Shown piece by piece: positions 28,062-43,000 of a DNA stretch of 64,000 nt (position 1 is the stretch's first letter; each line of letters begins with the position of its first letter). The notes under the pieces are model-generated. The model had not been told where the DNA came from. It did not search any database and saw nothing but the letters and a program-made list of their open reading frames with translations. The DNA is from Balanoglossus misakiensis (lineage: Eukaryota; Animalia; Hemichordata), in NCBI GenBank assembly GCA_040954595.2, contig CM082580.2, positions 11,174,909 through 11,238,908 of the forward strand. Direction: 5' to 3'. Made by a program: the position numbers and the translations under genes.

Positions 28062-31000
28062 GTATGTGTATGTTTTATCATGGAAATTGTTAGTGTCCTT
28101 ATTGATGCGTGTGCGGCATTTGTGAGCCACAACCGCGTACATACATGTACGAGTTCTGACTCAATCGCGCCTCTGCCAGGGGGCATATATTGCAAGTGGT
28201 CCGCTGAGCGACTGCCTGGAATGCACTCAAGGTATAAATGTAACGTTTGCGGTACCTCCCCGGCACAGGCATGGCAACACCACTCAAAGACACGGACCTT
28301 AAATCCGTTATGTTTTCTCGAGATTTAGGTAAAAGAAGCCCGGCCTCCGCAATCTTTTGCTACTGAGGAAGTAACCTAAAACCTATATGCGGCAGTCCAG
28401 ATTTATGGCCTGCCCCGCCAACTGACATTCTAAACATTATTTTTTGTGGGCGGATTGTCCGCATTTCTATCTCGCTCAGAATGAAAGGCCCTGAGCAGGT
28501 TATTCAGGCAATATATTGTACAAGTCAGTTTTATGTTCGGCGTGGCACGTTTTCAAGCATGGGCTTAATTTAAAGTTTCACACCCACCAGGGTCGGGTAT
28601 ATGAACATGCATTGCGGAAAGACTCAAACTACGACACAACTGAGGACAAAGCAACTTTGCATTTCGCTTTGGAAAGACAAGCGCCCCTTCTCCTGGTCGA
28701 CCAAGTGACCACTGCACCCCGAGGCAGTAAATTGTTCCAGCAACCAGCATGTTCCACTCGTCCCGCCAGTGGGCAAGACGCTTCGGCCTGTAAATCAACC
28801 GGACTGAAAACAGTTTCACCTGGTTAGATAACGCGTCCACACTCGTATTTCAAATGTCGTTGTTGCCACATGCCGACATACATTTCACTATAAAACACAA
28901 GTAGAAACGGAAATGTCCCGGCACTTTCAAATCGGCGCTAATATACGCGAGTATATTGGAATACTTGTACACCTATGCACTTCAAAAATGGGTCGTGTAA
29001 TCTGCTGCCGTTGATAAGGACGCCTTTGTCTGGCGCAGGCAGCTTCGCTTGGGTTATGATTCGTTGACGCAATACAAACGCGTAGCCGTCCCAATCCACA
29101 TGCAAAGACAGAAAGCCTGTCTTCCACATGCGATTAGGTTATTAATATGAATTGGTAACGCGCGCATGGCGGATGAGATGCAAAGCAAGTCAGTCAACAC
29201 ACACCGGGCGGATCAAGACAAAGCAAAACCTGACTTCGTAAATAGGAATTAACTTATTTTAAGAAACACCGGAGTTTATTTAAGGTAATGAGGTGTAACA
29301 TTATAGACTTTTCCCAACCGGATTACAATCGCTCAGTGTCTGAGACCAACGGCGACATAGCGGGCCTTGTTTAGCAACTAAACCTGTCCACCAATAGTAA
29401 CCGCGCCAACCACAATTGTCAGTCCAAGACGATTGCTTGGCTAGTGATGAAGGCACTAACTCACACGTCCGCTCAACCCAACGACGAGTCTGGGGAAATT
29501 TTAAATATATTATTGGTCCCCGCTGGCCACGCTATTGATATTATGATTGCATTGCCCGACAAAACAACAATAAATCAAGCCAACAAACCATCCGACAACG
29601 AGATGATCGATGCATCGATGTCGTTCGTTCGGAATTGAAAAATTAAAGCTGCTCTAAGTTTAAAGAGGGTTATTGTCATGGTGATTAATTGCATAATGAA
29701 AAATTCTCAAGTTTACTTTAAAAAGTAGTCATACAGTTTAAATTCGCTGGAAATAATTATAGCAATGGTGTGAAGTAACATCATGCAAATGCTAGCATTG
29801 TTTCAGTGTCATACATGTATCTTCACGGTTTGCGAAACCCACCACGCTCTAAGGTGAAGGACATGGCTGAAAGGTCACGTCAAGGTCATCTCAGCACACT
29901 TGCGGAAGTAAAGCTTTACTTGAATTTTCTGCCTAGTAAACTAGAGCTCATTCATCTTTAGAGCCTTGTTACCTTCCCTCTTTCCAATCATTTCACGACT
30001 ACGTACTGTCCCACGTTCATATTTACAACGCTAAGATTTTCCATGTGAAGTTTACTATTGCACAACGTCGAACTATGGGCCATCGAGTAATGGATTAACT
30101 CTAAAAACACGATCCAAGTAAATGCGTTTGTGTTGACAACTTACTTGCAGCATGAGGCATATGATTCATTTCGACAGCTGGTGCATTTTACACCGCGCGA
30201 ATTTAACTATTAAGAGTTGAGGTCAGCACAACACAGGTCAACACCATGTTTATGACGCGACCACCTCGTACAAACTTTCGTCAAGGTTTCTGCCTGCCAT
30301 AAGCAATGTTTATGTACATCGAAGTTAATTGATTGTAGGTAACATGTAAATACGGCCTTTATGACTTTAAACGCGGAATGTCACAGCACACAATGGGAAA
30401 ATCATAGGAGAAAATAGTGCGTAATGTCCCTAGACGTCATTTTATGATTTGAATGTGTGCAAAATGGAAGACGTCCATTCCCACAACCAAAATATTAGGA
30501 AACTCAAAATCGGAAAAAAGTAAAAGCGACAATTCTGATGATTGATTTTAAAATTCTCCTCGGCGTTATAGAGTACATGTATAAACAACCGGTTGGGTTG
30601 TGCCACAGACTAAGGTTAGTTATGACGCTTTGAATCCCAATTCCCAGAATCCCTCTCGGCCAGAGGTCGGATGTACATCATACATCTTTGCTCTCTAACG
30701 CGCACTCAATCAATCGACATCGTGACTGATTGTATGTGAGAATGTTGTCGCGCCGATCGAGACACCGTTGTAATTACACCGCCGGGGACTGTGATCTGAA
30801 TTTTAAAGTCAGCTTTCATCGACTCTTAATTTAATATTCAAGTAATGGAAACCAAACCAATGATTCTAACGGTTCTTAATACATGTACAGGGCCATACTC
30901 CGCATGTCCAAAAAGCGAACCTCTGCCTGAAAAAAGACGTACACGAAAATTTGGTTTGCAACTGTCCCTGAGGAATTATCACTAATCCTAACTCAGATTA

Positions 31001-34000
31001 ATAGTAAAAAGCGTTTAAGCAATTTTTATAAACTGTTTCTAAGTAGACGCCAATATTATTCAATGTTATCGGTTAGACGAAAGTTATACAAATAAAGAGT
31101 GGTTCGAAAGTTCACAGGAAACTAAACTGTTTTATTTAAAGGGCATTAAAAAACTGAAATGAGAAACGTTGCGACACAGTATCAACAAATAAGAAATACA
31201 CAGACGTTCATACCACTCAATTCGATGACTACACGGTGACTAAAACCGACTCCTAAGATTTATTACGCATAAGCCTGTGCCAAATAAACCTCCATGTCGG
31301 TTTATTTTGTCTGCTTTGGGTGCGAAACCCACAAAGGTAACCCGAGATTTCGTGATTACAACAAAGCTGGAGTTAGAGATGTGATTAATGACAGGCCAAA
31401 ATGTCGGGCGCTAAAACAAACCGACGCGTGAGAAAAAAGCAGAGGTAGATACGTGCAAAAATGTCGGCAGAGGTACATGGATGGACAACTGCAAACGTCA
31501 CTGCCGCATGCAAATGCCGAACGTGACAAACTATAGATAATTTTGTTATGGTTTGATAAACTTGTGTTCTATAATAGCACATGATATGAAACAGACCCTT
31601 CCAAAAACTCACAATTAGACAGACAGACCGACAGACAAAGAGGCAGAGAGAGAGAGAGATAGTATGGATTGCCCACGCGGAGAATTATGCCTAATTTGAA
31701 ATGGCAATTTGTTACCAAGGGACGTGAATAACCTCGCGGCGGGATGATGTCAACGTGATCAACAACGCTAGCCTCGAAGTAGAAAGAGAAAGTGTATTCT
31801 TTTTTCCCTAACAATGCTGTTGTGAAAGATGAGCTGCCTTTTGTGCGAACGACGATATTCGAGCACAGCTGCCAAACACACATGCAGAGTTATGACTCTA
31901 ATGAAAACCCTTTGTTCTTTGACAATGGTGCTAAAACATCTGGAATGCGTACTCACAATATGGAAATTATTAATTATGTATGTACATGTATGTATGTATA
32001 GACTCATGTATAAGTGTATTTGTGCGTATGTAGTATTTCTGTCTGAGAATGTTTTATTGTGAAATATATACAAGAGATCTATGCGACTTCCTAAACCTTG
32101 CATGCGCACACGTACCCTGGCCTTGATCGCAATGACCTAGGCCTGTTCTTGTATAGTGACCACTTTTTTGCGATTTAGTGAACGCCATCCCCACTCAGTA
32201 GTCAACACCGCTGCCACCGAGGTAGAAAATAGCAATGGGTTGTAATTCGAAACTGTGTACTCTACTCAAAGTTTCAAAAAGCTCGATTTCAAGCAACACA
32301 AGCTTTGCTTCCAAAGTACAATAAACAGGCAGAGATCGTCTTCGGCTAGCGCGAGGCCGCAGTTTTGCTTTGTGATATATGGCTCGATTGAATTTAATCT
32401 GGGTACAAAACCCACAAACATGGATGACGAGAATTTCTTTTAGGGGGGGTCACTATTTACATCCGGGTAGCCGCTATATAACTAACTGATATCACTACAA
32501 AGGTTTTTGCCTTCGATTTTTTTCACTTTTGCTTAGTTTTTACATCAATCCGAAATGGTTTCTGGGGCCAATCCTTCTGTCTTACCAATTTTATAACAGA
32601 ATCTATAAAATTTATGCTTTCCGTCTATGTATTCAGTTCCACGTGAAATGACTAGCAGTTTCAAACCGGACAGGCCTCAGCCGATATAAATGGCGACTTG
32701 TGCTTTAAATGTCGGCCACCGTACATGCAGGAACTACGCCTGTACGGTGTTCTCTTATTGAACAACGGATTTCACTTATTTTATCTTATACACTATTTGT
32801 AATTCAGTCAGTCAGTATGGAGACATCTTAATGTGCATCACGGCCAACCAGTTGCTGTAACTATCACCAAAACTCCGGCTACCTTTGATGTCATTGTATA
32901 TGTATTAGGTGTAGGGGTCTCCCACGATGTTTCAGCATGGAACACTTCGTGGACGGAGGTCCCCCCTTTTTACAAAGACCTATTCTGTTGTTTGGCGAGT
33001 CTAATATGTCCCTAGAGTATGTAAGAACTGAAAGGAGCTTGGCTGCCGTGAGATGGATTTGAGCAAGCAATGCGAATGCATAATAAAATGTCATGGCATA
33101 CATGTAGTTGTTGATGATCTTATTAATGCGGTCGTTGCATAAATATGGAATCATAGCATAAATTATGCAAATTACTCGCGACGCTTGCTATCAACACCAA
33201 AGCATCACAGGGACTGTTTCTGTTGCATCCTGCCGTTAAAAACCTCTTGGCATGTGTAATGTGTATATCCCCTTTGTTGTAGGTAGGAAATGGTTGCAAA
33301 CATAGGAAGACAGGACAAATCTAGATGTCCTTATAACCTACATACATGTACATGTACATGACAACCTAGTCTAATATTTAAATGAGTACGTCGATTGATA
33401 TGCATAATGCGGTAGCAATTAATTTGCAGAATTTACAGGTCGATCCTCCTGCTGTGTGTAGATAACTAATTGCAGTCGCCATACATAATACACAGGCGAA
33501 CTGGAAAATATTAATCAAGCTTCGATGAATTCACACATTGTGTGAGGTGCATTCTTTAGAATATACACGTTCATTGATTTTCGCACTTGGGTTATTATTC
33601 ATTGTGACACCTTATAGGATTCTGCACACCGTTTGTTCGACTGAAGTGTTCGAATTTGCGAGAAACTTTCTCTTCGTTGATTTTTTTTTCAAAACTACCC
33701 ACTCTTGACTGTCCGGTTCCTCAAGCATTATTTATAACAGTACTCATAAAACATTAAGCATACTGTACAAGTGGAGCGTATATTCCGCACAATAGATTTC
33801 ATTATTGGCGTGGTTTGAAACTCTGAAGAGCCACTGGTGTGATTCTATTTGAATACACCTGAGAAGTTTCCAACATATTAAACTATAAATCAAGAAGGGC
33901 TTAGCATAATGTCTTGTGCTGGAACGTGATGCTTTAGGTTTATACTAGAACGTTGCCTTTGCCTCATTAGAGAACAGACGCCAGGCGTTTGTATCTGAAC

Positions 34001-37000
34001 GTTCTCTTAGTAATGAAACAGAAAAATGATTGTCATCGGTTTACGAATATAACGCAGTGAACCCGTAATTGGTTATTGATTTTTTGGTGACAAGAAGGCG
34101 TATAGAAAAGAAATTTATCTGCAGGGACAATTAAGTGATGATTGTGAAAAGGTCAACCATGCCATAATAATGACACGTATCACTCTATAAGGCAAAGTTA
34201 CCGCTGAGTATTGACAATGAACATGGACAAGTCAATACAGTTGATAATTTGAACCGAGTGAAAGGTGACACACCGGAGGCAATAGCATGGTTAGTTACAA
34301 ACAAACAAAACGTGCTGGTGACGCAGGCACACGCGATGTAGACACCTGTCGGGAACGAAATGAATTTTAACTATGGTGTGTTGATAATTATTGAACAAGT
34401 TTGTCCGTCTGTTTAGTGTTCGACAACAGGCAGGGTTTTCCATATCTCACGTGCATGTTTTGTTAAGTCTTGGTGGAATTGTCTCATTGACTGGCGCATC
34501 TATAATTCTCATGTCTATTTTTAGCACTATTCTCAGGCATGACGTATGCAAAATACTGTAGATAACTTAATTGCCTTCGTTTAAAACATGTGTTACTGTA
34601 AGGAAAGCTAAATCGATAAATCTGTCAAATAAAATTGTCGTCGTCTTCCAACTTTGCAATTAAATCTCGATAGCCATCACCGGTAGTACGGAAGGAATTG
34701 TGATACAAGGTAAATTATTTCACATAATCACCGGACGAGAGATGATTATATATACATGTACATTACAAAGATCTTTTTATATGCAAGTTTTCATTTTATC
34801 AACTACATATATCAATTTCTCTGTTATACAGAACTGTCTATACGACGTGAGCAGCTCTGGCAAATGTTCATACAATTTGGTGTAGTAGTCACTGGACAAT
34901 TTGCCTGAACTGGCCATAAAACCCCAAAAACATATATGACTGTGTCATCAACGATGGCGTTTTTCAGTGGCAATGGCAAACTAGGTCAGACAATGTCATA
35001 TATTTAGTCAAAGAAGTCACCTAGACTTCTGTTCACAGGAAGAGGCCGTTGCGATGGCCCGTTTATAGCCCAATAAATATGTGAAGGCGTAAACGACGAA
35101 TCTTTTCAGTCTATAAAAGTCTGACAACTTCATATCCGAACACTCGGGAAGTCAACGATAGAATAAAAAAAGGCCACTTCAAAGTACGTTCGGCCATTCA
35201 CTCTCAGCGGTCGACCCTTAGCGCTAGTCATGATATGAATATTCCGGATATTAGTGAGGTTGTTTGGGGTTTAATGACTTCAACCCGCCAGAAATTGGTT
35301 TTCTGTCAGACTCGCGACTATTAATGTCGCCAGTAACTATGGATAACATTCCTGTATCCTCAACACGAACATTATGTGCATATCGAAAGGCAGAGTTATG
35401 CGACGACTATGTTTATTTGTCATTTGACGATTTTATTGGCAGGAGATGTTTCCCTTTCGTAAAGACGAAATGCCAAAAGTGTACGAAGTCTAGTAAATCC
35501 ATGAGGAAAATATGACCTCGGTTTCCTGGCGCAGAGACCGTTTACTGTCCGTGTGGGCAAACGGACTGCGTAAATACTAGTAGTAGGACAATGAACGGTG
35601 ATAAATTGGCCAACCCTACAAAATCGACAGCAAATTTGTTTTATGGTCAATAATTCTCCACAATGCCAGCTTTAAGTCTCCCGTGTGAATAATAGATACT
35701 GAGGTGGTGAGCGATTATCGCTGTAGGGACAAAATATGTCAGTCGGAACTGTTCATTGACAAAACAACTGCATTTTTGAAGCCAGTGTTTACATGCGGAA
35801 TCCGCCGATTTCAATCCTATAGACAAACAAGAGCACAGACCTTTTCGAGAGTCAATATAACGGTGAACAGTTTTATGTCTCGCCTGTTGTGGAAAAACAT
35901 GGATGACGATTATCGCACGTCCGCTGACGTCACTTCCCCGAAGTCAATACTGCGTGGTGAGAGTGTTTTCCAAGATTTAAATAATAAATACCCAAGGCAT
36001 CCAAAATTGTTGATGGCCATAAAAGACTTTCACTGTGGATTATACTCTGATTTGCCTCGCCCAGCAAACGGCTAACCTCAAGTAGCAAACTTCCGCTGCC
36101 AATAACTCGATATCCAAAAATATAGTGCTGATGAGCCTGTGAACTGCTTCAACTCGGTGCAGACGACATGACGTTTCAGTGCTGTTCCATGGCTGTCTAG
36201 GTTAGGGGCCCCCTCCCCCTATCCCCCCCCCCCGTCAACGCGCAGAACCTGTGGAGTGCACCATCGCACGTGGTGGAGTGCGACGTAAATCTGCAATGGC
36301 GAATTTACGCGAACACATATTTTATCGTCGGATACCTTTTTCGAACACCTACTAATTTTCCATTTCAAAACGCCGCGGGCAACCCAACAACACAACCACT
36401 GTCAATTTCAGCAGCCACAAATAATTCGCAATACCTGAGAATGCAATTATCCCAAACACGGGTACTAGCAGCAGATGGGAATAAATAGCTTTGACTTTCA
36501 ACATTATCAGCTGTCTTCTAACTGTTCACTCATGGATAAAAATGCATGACACGTGACACTCCAACGTTTTTATGGAAGCAGAAAATAGGAAGTCATGTAA
36601 CCCGAGACCGTTCTATTCACCATCGATGACGTCCCATGGAAATTGTAAATTTCCTCGGTGTATCATCTATGCCGATGATGTCGTCAATCATTTTCCTCTT
36701 CCCCCCAAGCAGCAAATTATTCATATCGGCCACCTATATTTGATGACTAGCATGTTATGCGGACTCGGCGAAATGCTGTATTTCACCGAGTCGGCGACCA
36801 TTCCGTTGAGAAATAATAGCATTGCTTTCATATTGCGATATTCACACGAGTCGGTTTACGTATTAACTTTGCGTAGAGCCATGAATATGCCATCTAAGAT
36901 TTAGGACATATTTGATTTTTTTTATATCATTTCTCGCTACTTGGTAATGAGTTTTTACAGGCACATATATCTTGTCCGAGTCAAAAATTCATGCGAAGGA

Positions 37001-40000
37001 ATTTCCTTTTCCAGTGCAAGTGATCGTGTGAGCGTGTGGGTAAAAAATTAATGTTTTCCATCTTCGGCTCATTTTATTAGCACGGACGTTAGATATTTAT
37101 TGTAAGACCTTATGTCATTTTCTCATGTGCTCGTGTGCTATAAAACGGGAGAAACGCGGAGAATTTATTCCATTACGGCGACCATATGTAAACTTGACAC
37201 CTATCAAAAATTCCCCCAACAATTTCTTTTCGTTGTTTACATAGTGATAACATTATTTCATATTAGCTTGGATGTGTCTACTTGAGCGTTGCCTTGGACT
37301 GCGTGTCCAATGTTTCAATCATTAAATAGATGGACGGTCATCATTGTACGGCTGTCTCCGCGGCAGAGAACATGCAGTTCAGATTTAAATGTTGTAAGGC
37401 TTTGTTGATAGAATTCAAAGTATTTTTGACAAAAGGGAAGATTTTGGGGGTCAAAAATGCAAATGACTGCAGATAATGGCCATTAGGGAGAGTGAGCGTG
37501 GATTTCGAGTCACCCGTACCGTGAGAAATAATGCGAATTTGCACATTATTTGGAGTGTATGTGGTCAACGCCAACACTTCATTCGTCTCGAAGGTGTTGT
37601 AATCAGCATGGCAGCGCCAATGGAGTCTCTGTCACTGTCACCTGCAAAGTGTCGTGGTTACAATTTCCAACATGTCCAGCATGTACAAAAAGGACAACAC
37701 ACTTAAAAAACTCTGTAATTTGCGCTTCAACCGCGTGTTTCGAATCTATAAGGCGGCCTTTTTACTCTTTCGTGTTGCCTTCATAAAAAATTCAACAGTA
37801 TCCAAACTAGCCAAACTAGCGTTCATCCCCTGAGAAAAAAATCTTGGACTCGCGATGAACCTTCCTTTGATTTGTATAAGACACATATAACTGTTAAGTA
37901 ATTTTGGAGAAGTGAAACTCGGGGATGCAAGGCCGAGACCCTGTCGGCTAAACAAAATGAAGATGAAATATTTGTGTTCTCTGCGCCGCAAAATCACTTC
38001 CTGAAATGTCTGCGTGCAGACGGACAATACGATCTTCATTTTCGTAGCGACATCGAACGCCCCCTGACGATCGGCGGAGTTGCCGATCAATCATGTCACA
38101 ATGCCTACCGACCTGCGGGTGGTCTGTGCTACGTGACGAGTCGCTGACAAGCAGACGGTGTTCATGTAGATATCGATGTAATAAGTCAGGGTTTCGGAGT
38201 GTACAAAATTGCGACTTAAATTATGAAATTTGGAGCTGGCATGGTGACAAAAATTGTGGTTTAATAACAAGGCGGTAAGACTCACAACTTCAAGCACTGC
38301 GCGACTCTTTCATGTTACTACCGTGAAAATAGATAATACAGTATTAGAACATATTGATTTCATCATCATTACCACCGCGTCCGGGGAGCAAACAATTTAT
38401 AACTGGTGTGAATTTTTAAATTTTCTCTGAGTGTTAATGGGAATAGCTTTCGTATTCAAACATGTAAACGTAAGTGTCTCGTAAACGTGTGAAAGGGAAA
38501 GTTTGCTCATAACTCAACTCAATTCATTACATGAACTTGAAATTTGGCCATAAATCAAATCTGACTGTCACTTAATGACTCTATATATTAAAAACTGTTT
38601 GATTTGTTTCCACGACAGGTGGTGACAATAAGAATTTTTCATAAGCGACAGTGTGTCGTAACTATTGGGTTTCACATCGAAACTATCCCCATCCCTTCGC
38701 ATGCGTGTGTTTGACGCCTAAATGTGTCCTACGTTAGAACGAAAACTAGGATGGTCAACTTGGGTTTTTATGCGATGCGAAAACCACGGCTGCCCTTAGC
38801 CGCTCATGTTGACACCCCAGTTAAGTTAAGTGGAATTCTAACACCTGTTGCCCAAAGACTCGTAAAACCCTGTGCGTCGTAGCAACAACACCGAATTGGG
38901 AACATTTTGTTTGCTCACGTCTGTCCGAAAAAACCAACCGCTCGATATGCCATTGGTTCGCGGGATGCGATAAAATCCCGCGTACACGAGGCTCTCAGTG
39001 CCTGAATTGCAAGCTGCGAGCCTGCGTAATAATTGTTGGCAGTCTACTTGAAACACTCACACAAGGACTGCCACCAGATATTAGAACTTATGCATTTATG
39101 TGGAAGTCCACTCGAAACAATCATAAAAGAGACTGCTACCGGGTATTATAGTATACCGCTGTGAAATTGTAAGGACCATGCATTGTGGATATATACATTT
39201 GCAAAACGCGTGTTTATCAACCTACTAAAACATGACGTAAACATCCGAGCAATATTTGTTTAAATTTTTACGTTTTAGATTCACAAAATTGTGATACCTT
39301 CATGGTAATTGAAGCGTAGTATAGGAGTATTCGATTACTTGGTGTTCTCAAGGAATATCTTCCAAGGTTTTTCTGTCCAAGGCGATTTTACTAGGAGAAA
39401 AATACTTGAAAGGCTAGGCCGAGTTAAATTGAATTACATGTAATAAGATTATTTTAATTGTTTTATTTAATGATATAGTCTTGTATATTAATATTATTAG
39501 TTTTTTATAATCATAATTGTATCGATTCCAATTATTGAGTTCAAGAGCTCATAAAGTTCTTAGCAGTCAGGCATACTAATATCATTCTCATATTCATGTA
39601 ATTTCCGAATTAATAATGACCATCATTTCAATTTCAACTGTTTGCTATATTTAAAGAGTATGGGGATTCTTTTTTGAAAACTAAGAAGTAAACAGGGTGT
39701 TGACCGACATGTATTGATAAACCTCACTCATTTGCATTTTGCCCATTGAGTTAACATAGAGATGGGCGGCCATTTTGAAATTCATATTCGTGACAGTTTT
39801 GTTCTCTTATTCAAAACTGTGCAAGGTGACTCCGACTTAATTCTCACTTGCACGTGCCAGATAAACTCCGCAGGCATGCAATATAAATATGTACAATGTA
39901 GTCATCTATCTGTCCTTTCTGAATCGACTTCGGCATTCGGCGAAAACAACTTTAGTGGATTCAGTTGAAAATGATGATCAATATGAAAACAAGAACAATG

Positions 40001-43000
40001 CGTTTATTCCATTTAGCGAGCAGGATGTATCGATTTTTACCCTTAACAACGTTGCAAAATCAGACATATTTTCGTCGCTACCAAGGAAAATGAATTTAAA
40101 TTTCAAGCTGCAGCGGCTAAGATCACATCGCTTTTATGGATTATCGATTTTTGTTTGGTTCTGTACATTTGAACCTCGGTTTTGAAGGTAGAGAACGTTA
40201 GCCTTGCACGTAGGCCAAATTATGGCAAAAAATTACTTTAACCTTAAAATCCGCACATTTTGCATTTCGTACCTGGCTATCTGCCTACATGTAATTGCCT
40301 ACCTTCCTACTAACTTATGCATGCACAATATGTTGTCACAAGTGTTTGTTACCGAAAGCTTCATTTAAAATCACATTGCACAAATGACACCACGCGTGCC
40401 TGCCCATTAATTTTAAAAACAATGAGCCGAGTTGTATGATTGACTCTGTTGTGGACAATTTCCACATAAGATTCGGGATATCTCCAATGGAAATGGCAGG
40501 GACGTTAACAAAAACACTCGGCACCAACACATGGTACGCCATCAAATTCGTCATGACTATATCACGAGAGATTAGCCGAACACGATATCGATGCTGCTGG
40601 CCATTGGGTGCTCTATGTTGTTGGTTGGGGGCGCCCTATGATTTTGGCTGTCTTGGCAAAAATAGCGCTCTAACATGTTGGACACAATTCTTAAAGAATC
40701 CCCAAATGTGTCATAGGTGGCAGGTCAATTAGGGACCGAAATATCCAGACTATCCATGATTATTTGCTAAGTATACCGAGTTGTCTCGAGTGTCGTCTGC
40801 ACATGCTCTTGGCGCGACGATGAAACCAAAATATTTGTTCAGTATTACCAGACGACTTCAGGATTTGTTTGTACGTGACCCTGGCTGCCGACGTCTGCGG
40901 TTTGTATTACCGTTGCTAGTAAAGGTAACAGATTATACCTGATTGATGGGTTTGAAGACAATATGCATTTCTGAAAGGGAGATTAGTGAGTAAGAGGTGG
41001 AGCGGCGTGTAGTCAAACAGATACACAGTGAAAGGTACTGATAGAATTCGATGAATTTTCGCGGCTACATTATCCCTTCATCACCAGAAGATTTGAAGTG
41101 TCTTCAAATGAGCTTTCTTTCTCTCCTTTGTCTTGTTCCGACACTGTTGCGTCGACAAAAGCGAGAGTACCGGTATAGTCAATTGTGACTCTGTCGAAGG
41201 CACTGGGTTCGACGAATTAGTTGCGGTAATTGAGAAAACAATACAGTGGGCGACCAAAGCCAGGTAGAACCTATTAGTCGCCATGGAACCAGTTATTGCG
41301 TTGTTTTGCTGTCCCTAGTGGTCGGATTTAAGTGGGCGGTACGCCTTCTGCGTGCCGGTCTTTTTACGCACTTGGTGGGGGAATAATACCGATGGGTAAG
41401 ATGTCCACTCAAGTACTGTGTAGTGACCGCAAAGTAAGGAGTACAGTGGTATTGAGAAAGACTGAATCACTCTCCGTGTCTCAATGCGACGAAAGTTGCC
41501 TGATGTAGCCATAAACCAGTTTGTATAGCATCGATCGGAAAAGCTTAAACATATCAGCTGCTTTTAATCCGGGGATTAGAGTTAATGATTTGTTTATCCC
41601 ACTGTTATTCACGCCGGGTAATTAACTTAAGCAGAGTTAAACCAATACTGTCTGGTATTCAATAATGTCTGCCGTTAGTGACTTTCTTTCTGCAGTCGGT
41701 ACGCGTTGCCACTAGTTCGAATGTAGACATGTCGGCGTCGTTTGTCTGCAGCGGTCGGGCAAAATAATTGAAAGTGAGAGGAAAATCGAAAAGAAATCAG
41801 TCACTAGAAATTTCAGTTTAACGGGAATATATTTCTTTCTGTCTGTGAAACTGGTGAACGATTCACTCGCGCTTTCGCTTCGAGTGTACGTTTTGTCAAT
41901 TTTACAGTATTCGTAAAAGCGCATTCGTGAAAGGGGAAAGCCAGCCTGACCTTGGTATTTTTTCAGTGGGGCCCAAACCATAACCGTGACGTTCGCAACA
42001 GTTGGATTTTACGGTCCTATTAAAGACAGGCATTGGATGAGGTGTGATAACACAAGTACAACCGAGCTACTTAATAATTATAACCCTATTCAGTCGTCAA
42101 CGACTTGTAGCACGATCGGTCATTAATTGAACCTCGTGAAATGTCGGGATGTTTGCGTTCTTTTTTCTTCGTTGTAAAATATTCACTTTCCAACGAAATA
42201 ATCCTTCAAGAAGCGATTCGTGACATCGATCCGGAAAGTCATCAATTATACGCGGGTGTTGAAAAAAAGATTAAGTATGACACAGGTGGCGGACCAATCA
42301 GAAACTGCCTAGCGCCTCAGTGTCGATGTCACAGTCGAGGCCAGGTTTCGACCGATTCCGTCACTCTTCGGTTTGAGAAGCGAGCGTTGAACGAACTTTC
42401 ACTTTTTTTCCGGATAAAAACAAAGCACTTCAGTCGCGTGCGACTTTCGTTATCTGGATTCTGTTACTCTACGGCTGAACTTGATCATAACGAGTATACA
42501 AGGCAAGTACGTTATCACTCTTTGCTACCCCATGTTGACAAAACACTGTCATTTTAATTACCATTGGTAAAAAATTGGAAAGCCAAGTTGACGGCTTGTA
42601 GCTACCGGGAATGTTGTGAGATCAACCTACTAATATCTCAGGCCCTGTAGCCAGTGTTCATGTAGTCACATTGTCGAATTTCCGCAGCTGCTGTTTCGGC
42701 TTACGTGTTTTAATCGAAAGAAAGTGCACACACCGGCTTTCAGTCTGTCCCACACAAGCGGGATTTTTGTGAGAAATCTGGACGATTATGGTGGACTTTA
42801 ACCCTGAATGATTCAACTAATCTTGTCTTTGAGTGATTTAGTTAATTTCTTCTTATAGGCTGATGATTTGTGGCGACATTTGGGGACAAAATCCCAATCG
42901 TTTGTTGTGCAGCTTTGCGTTACTTTCAATACTAATCTACAGAAGAACATCGATTATCCGAACGTCAATTATTATTTATTTTTTCATGTTAAATACACAT

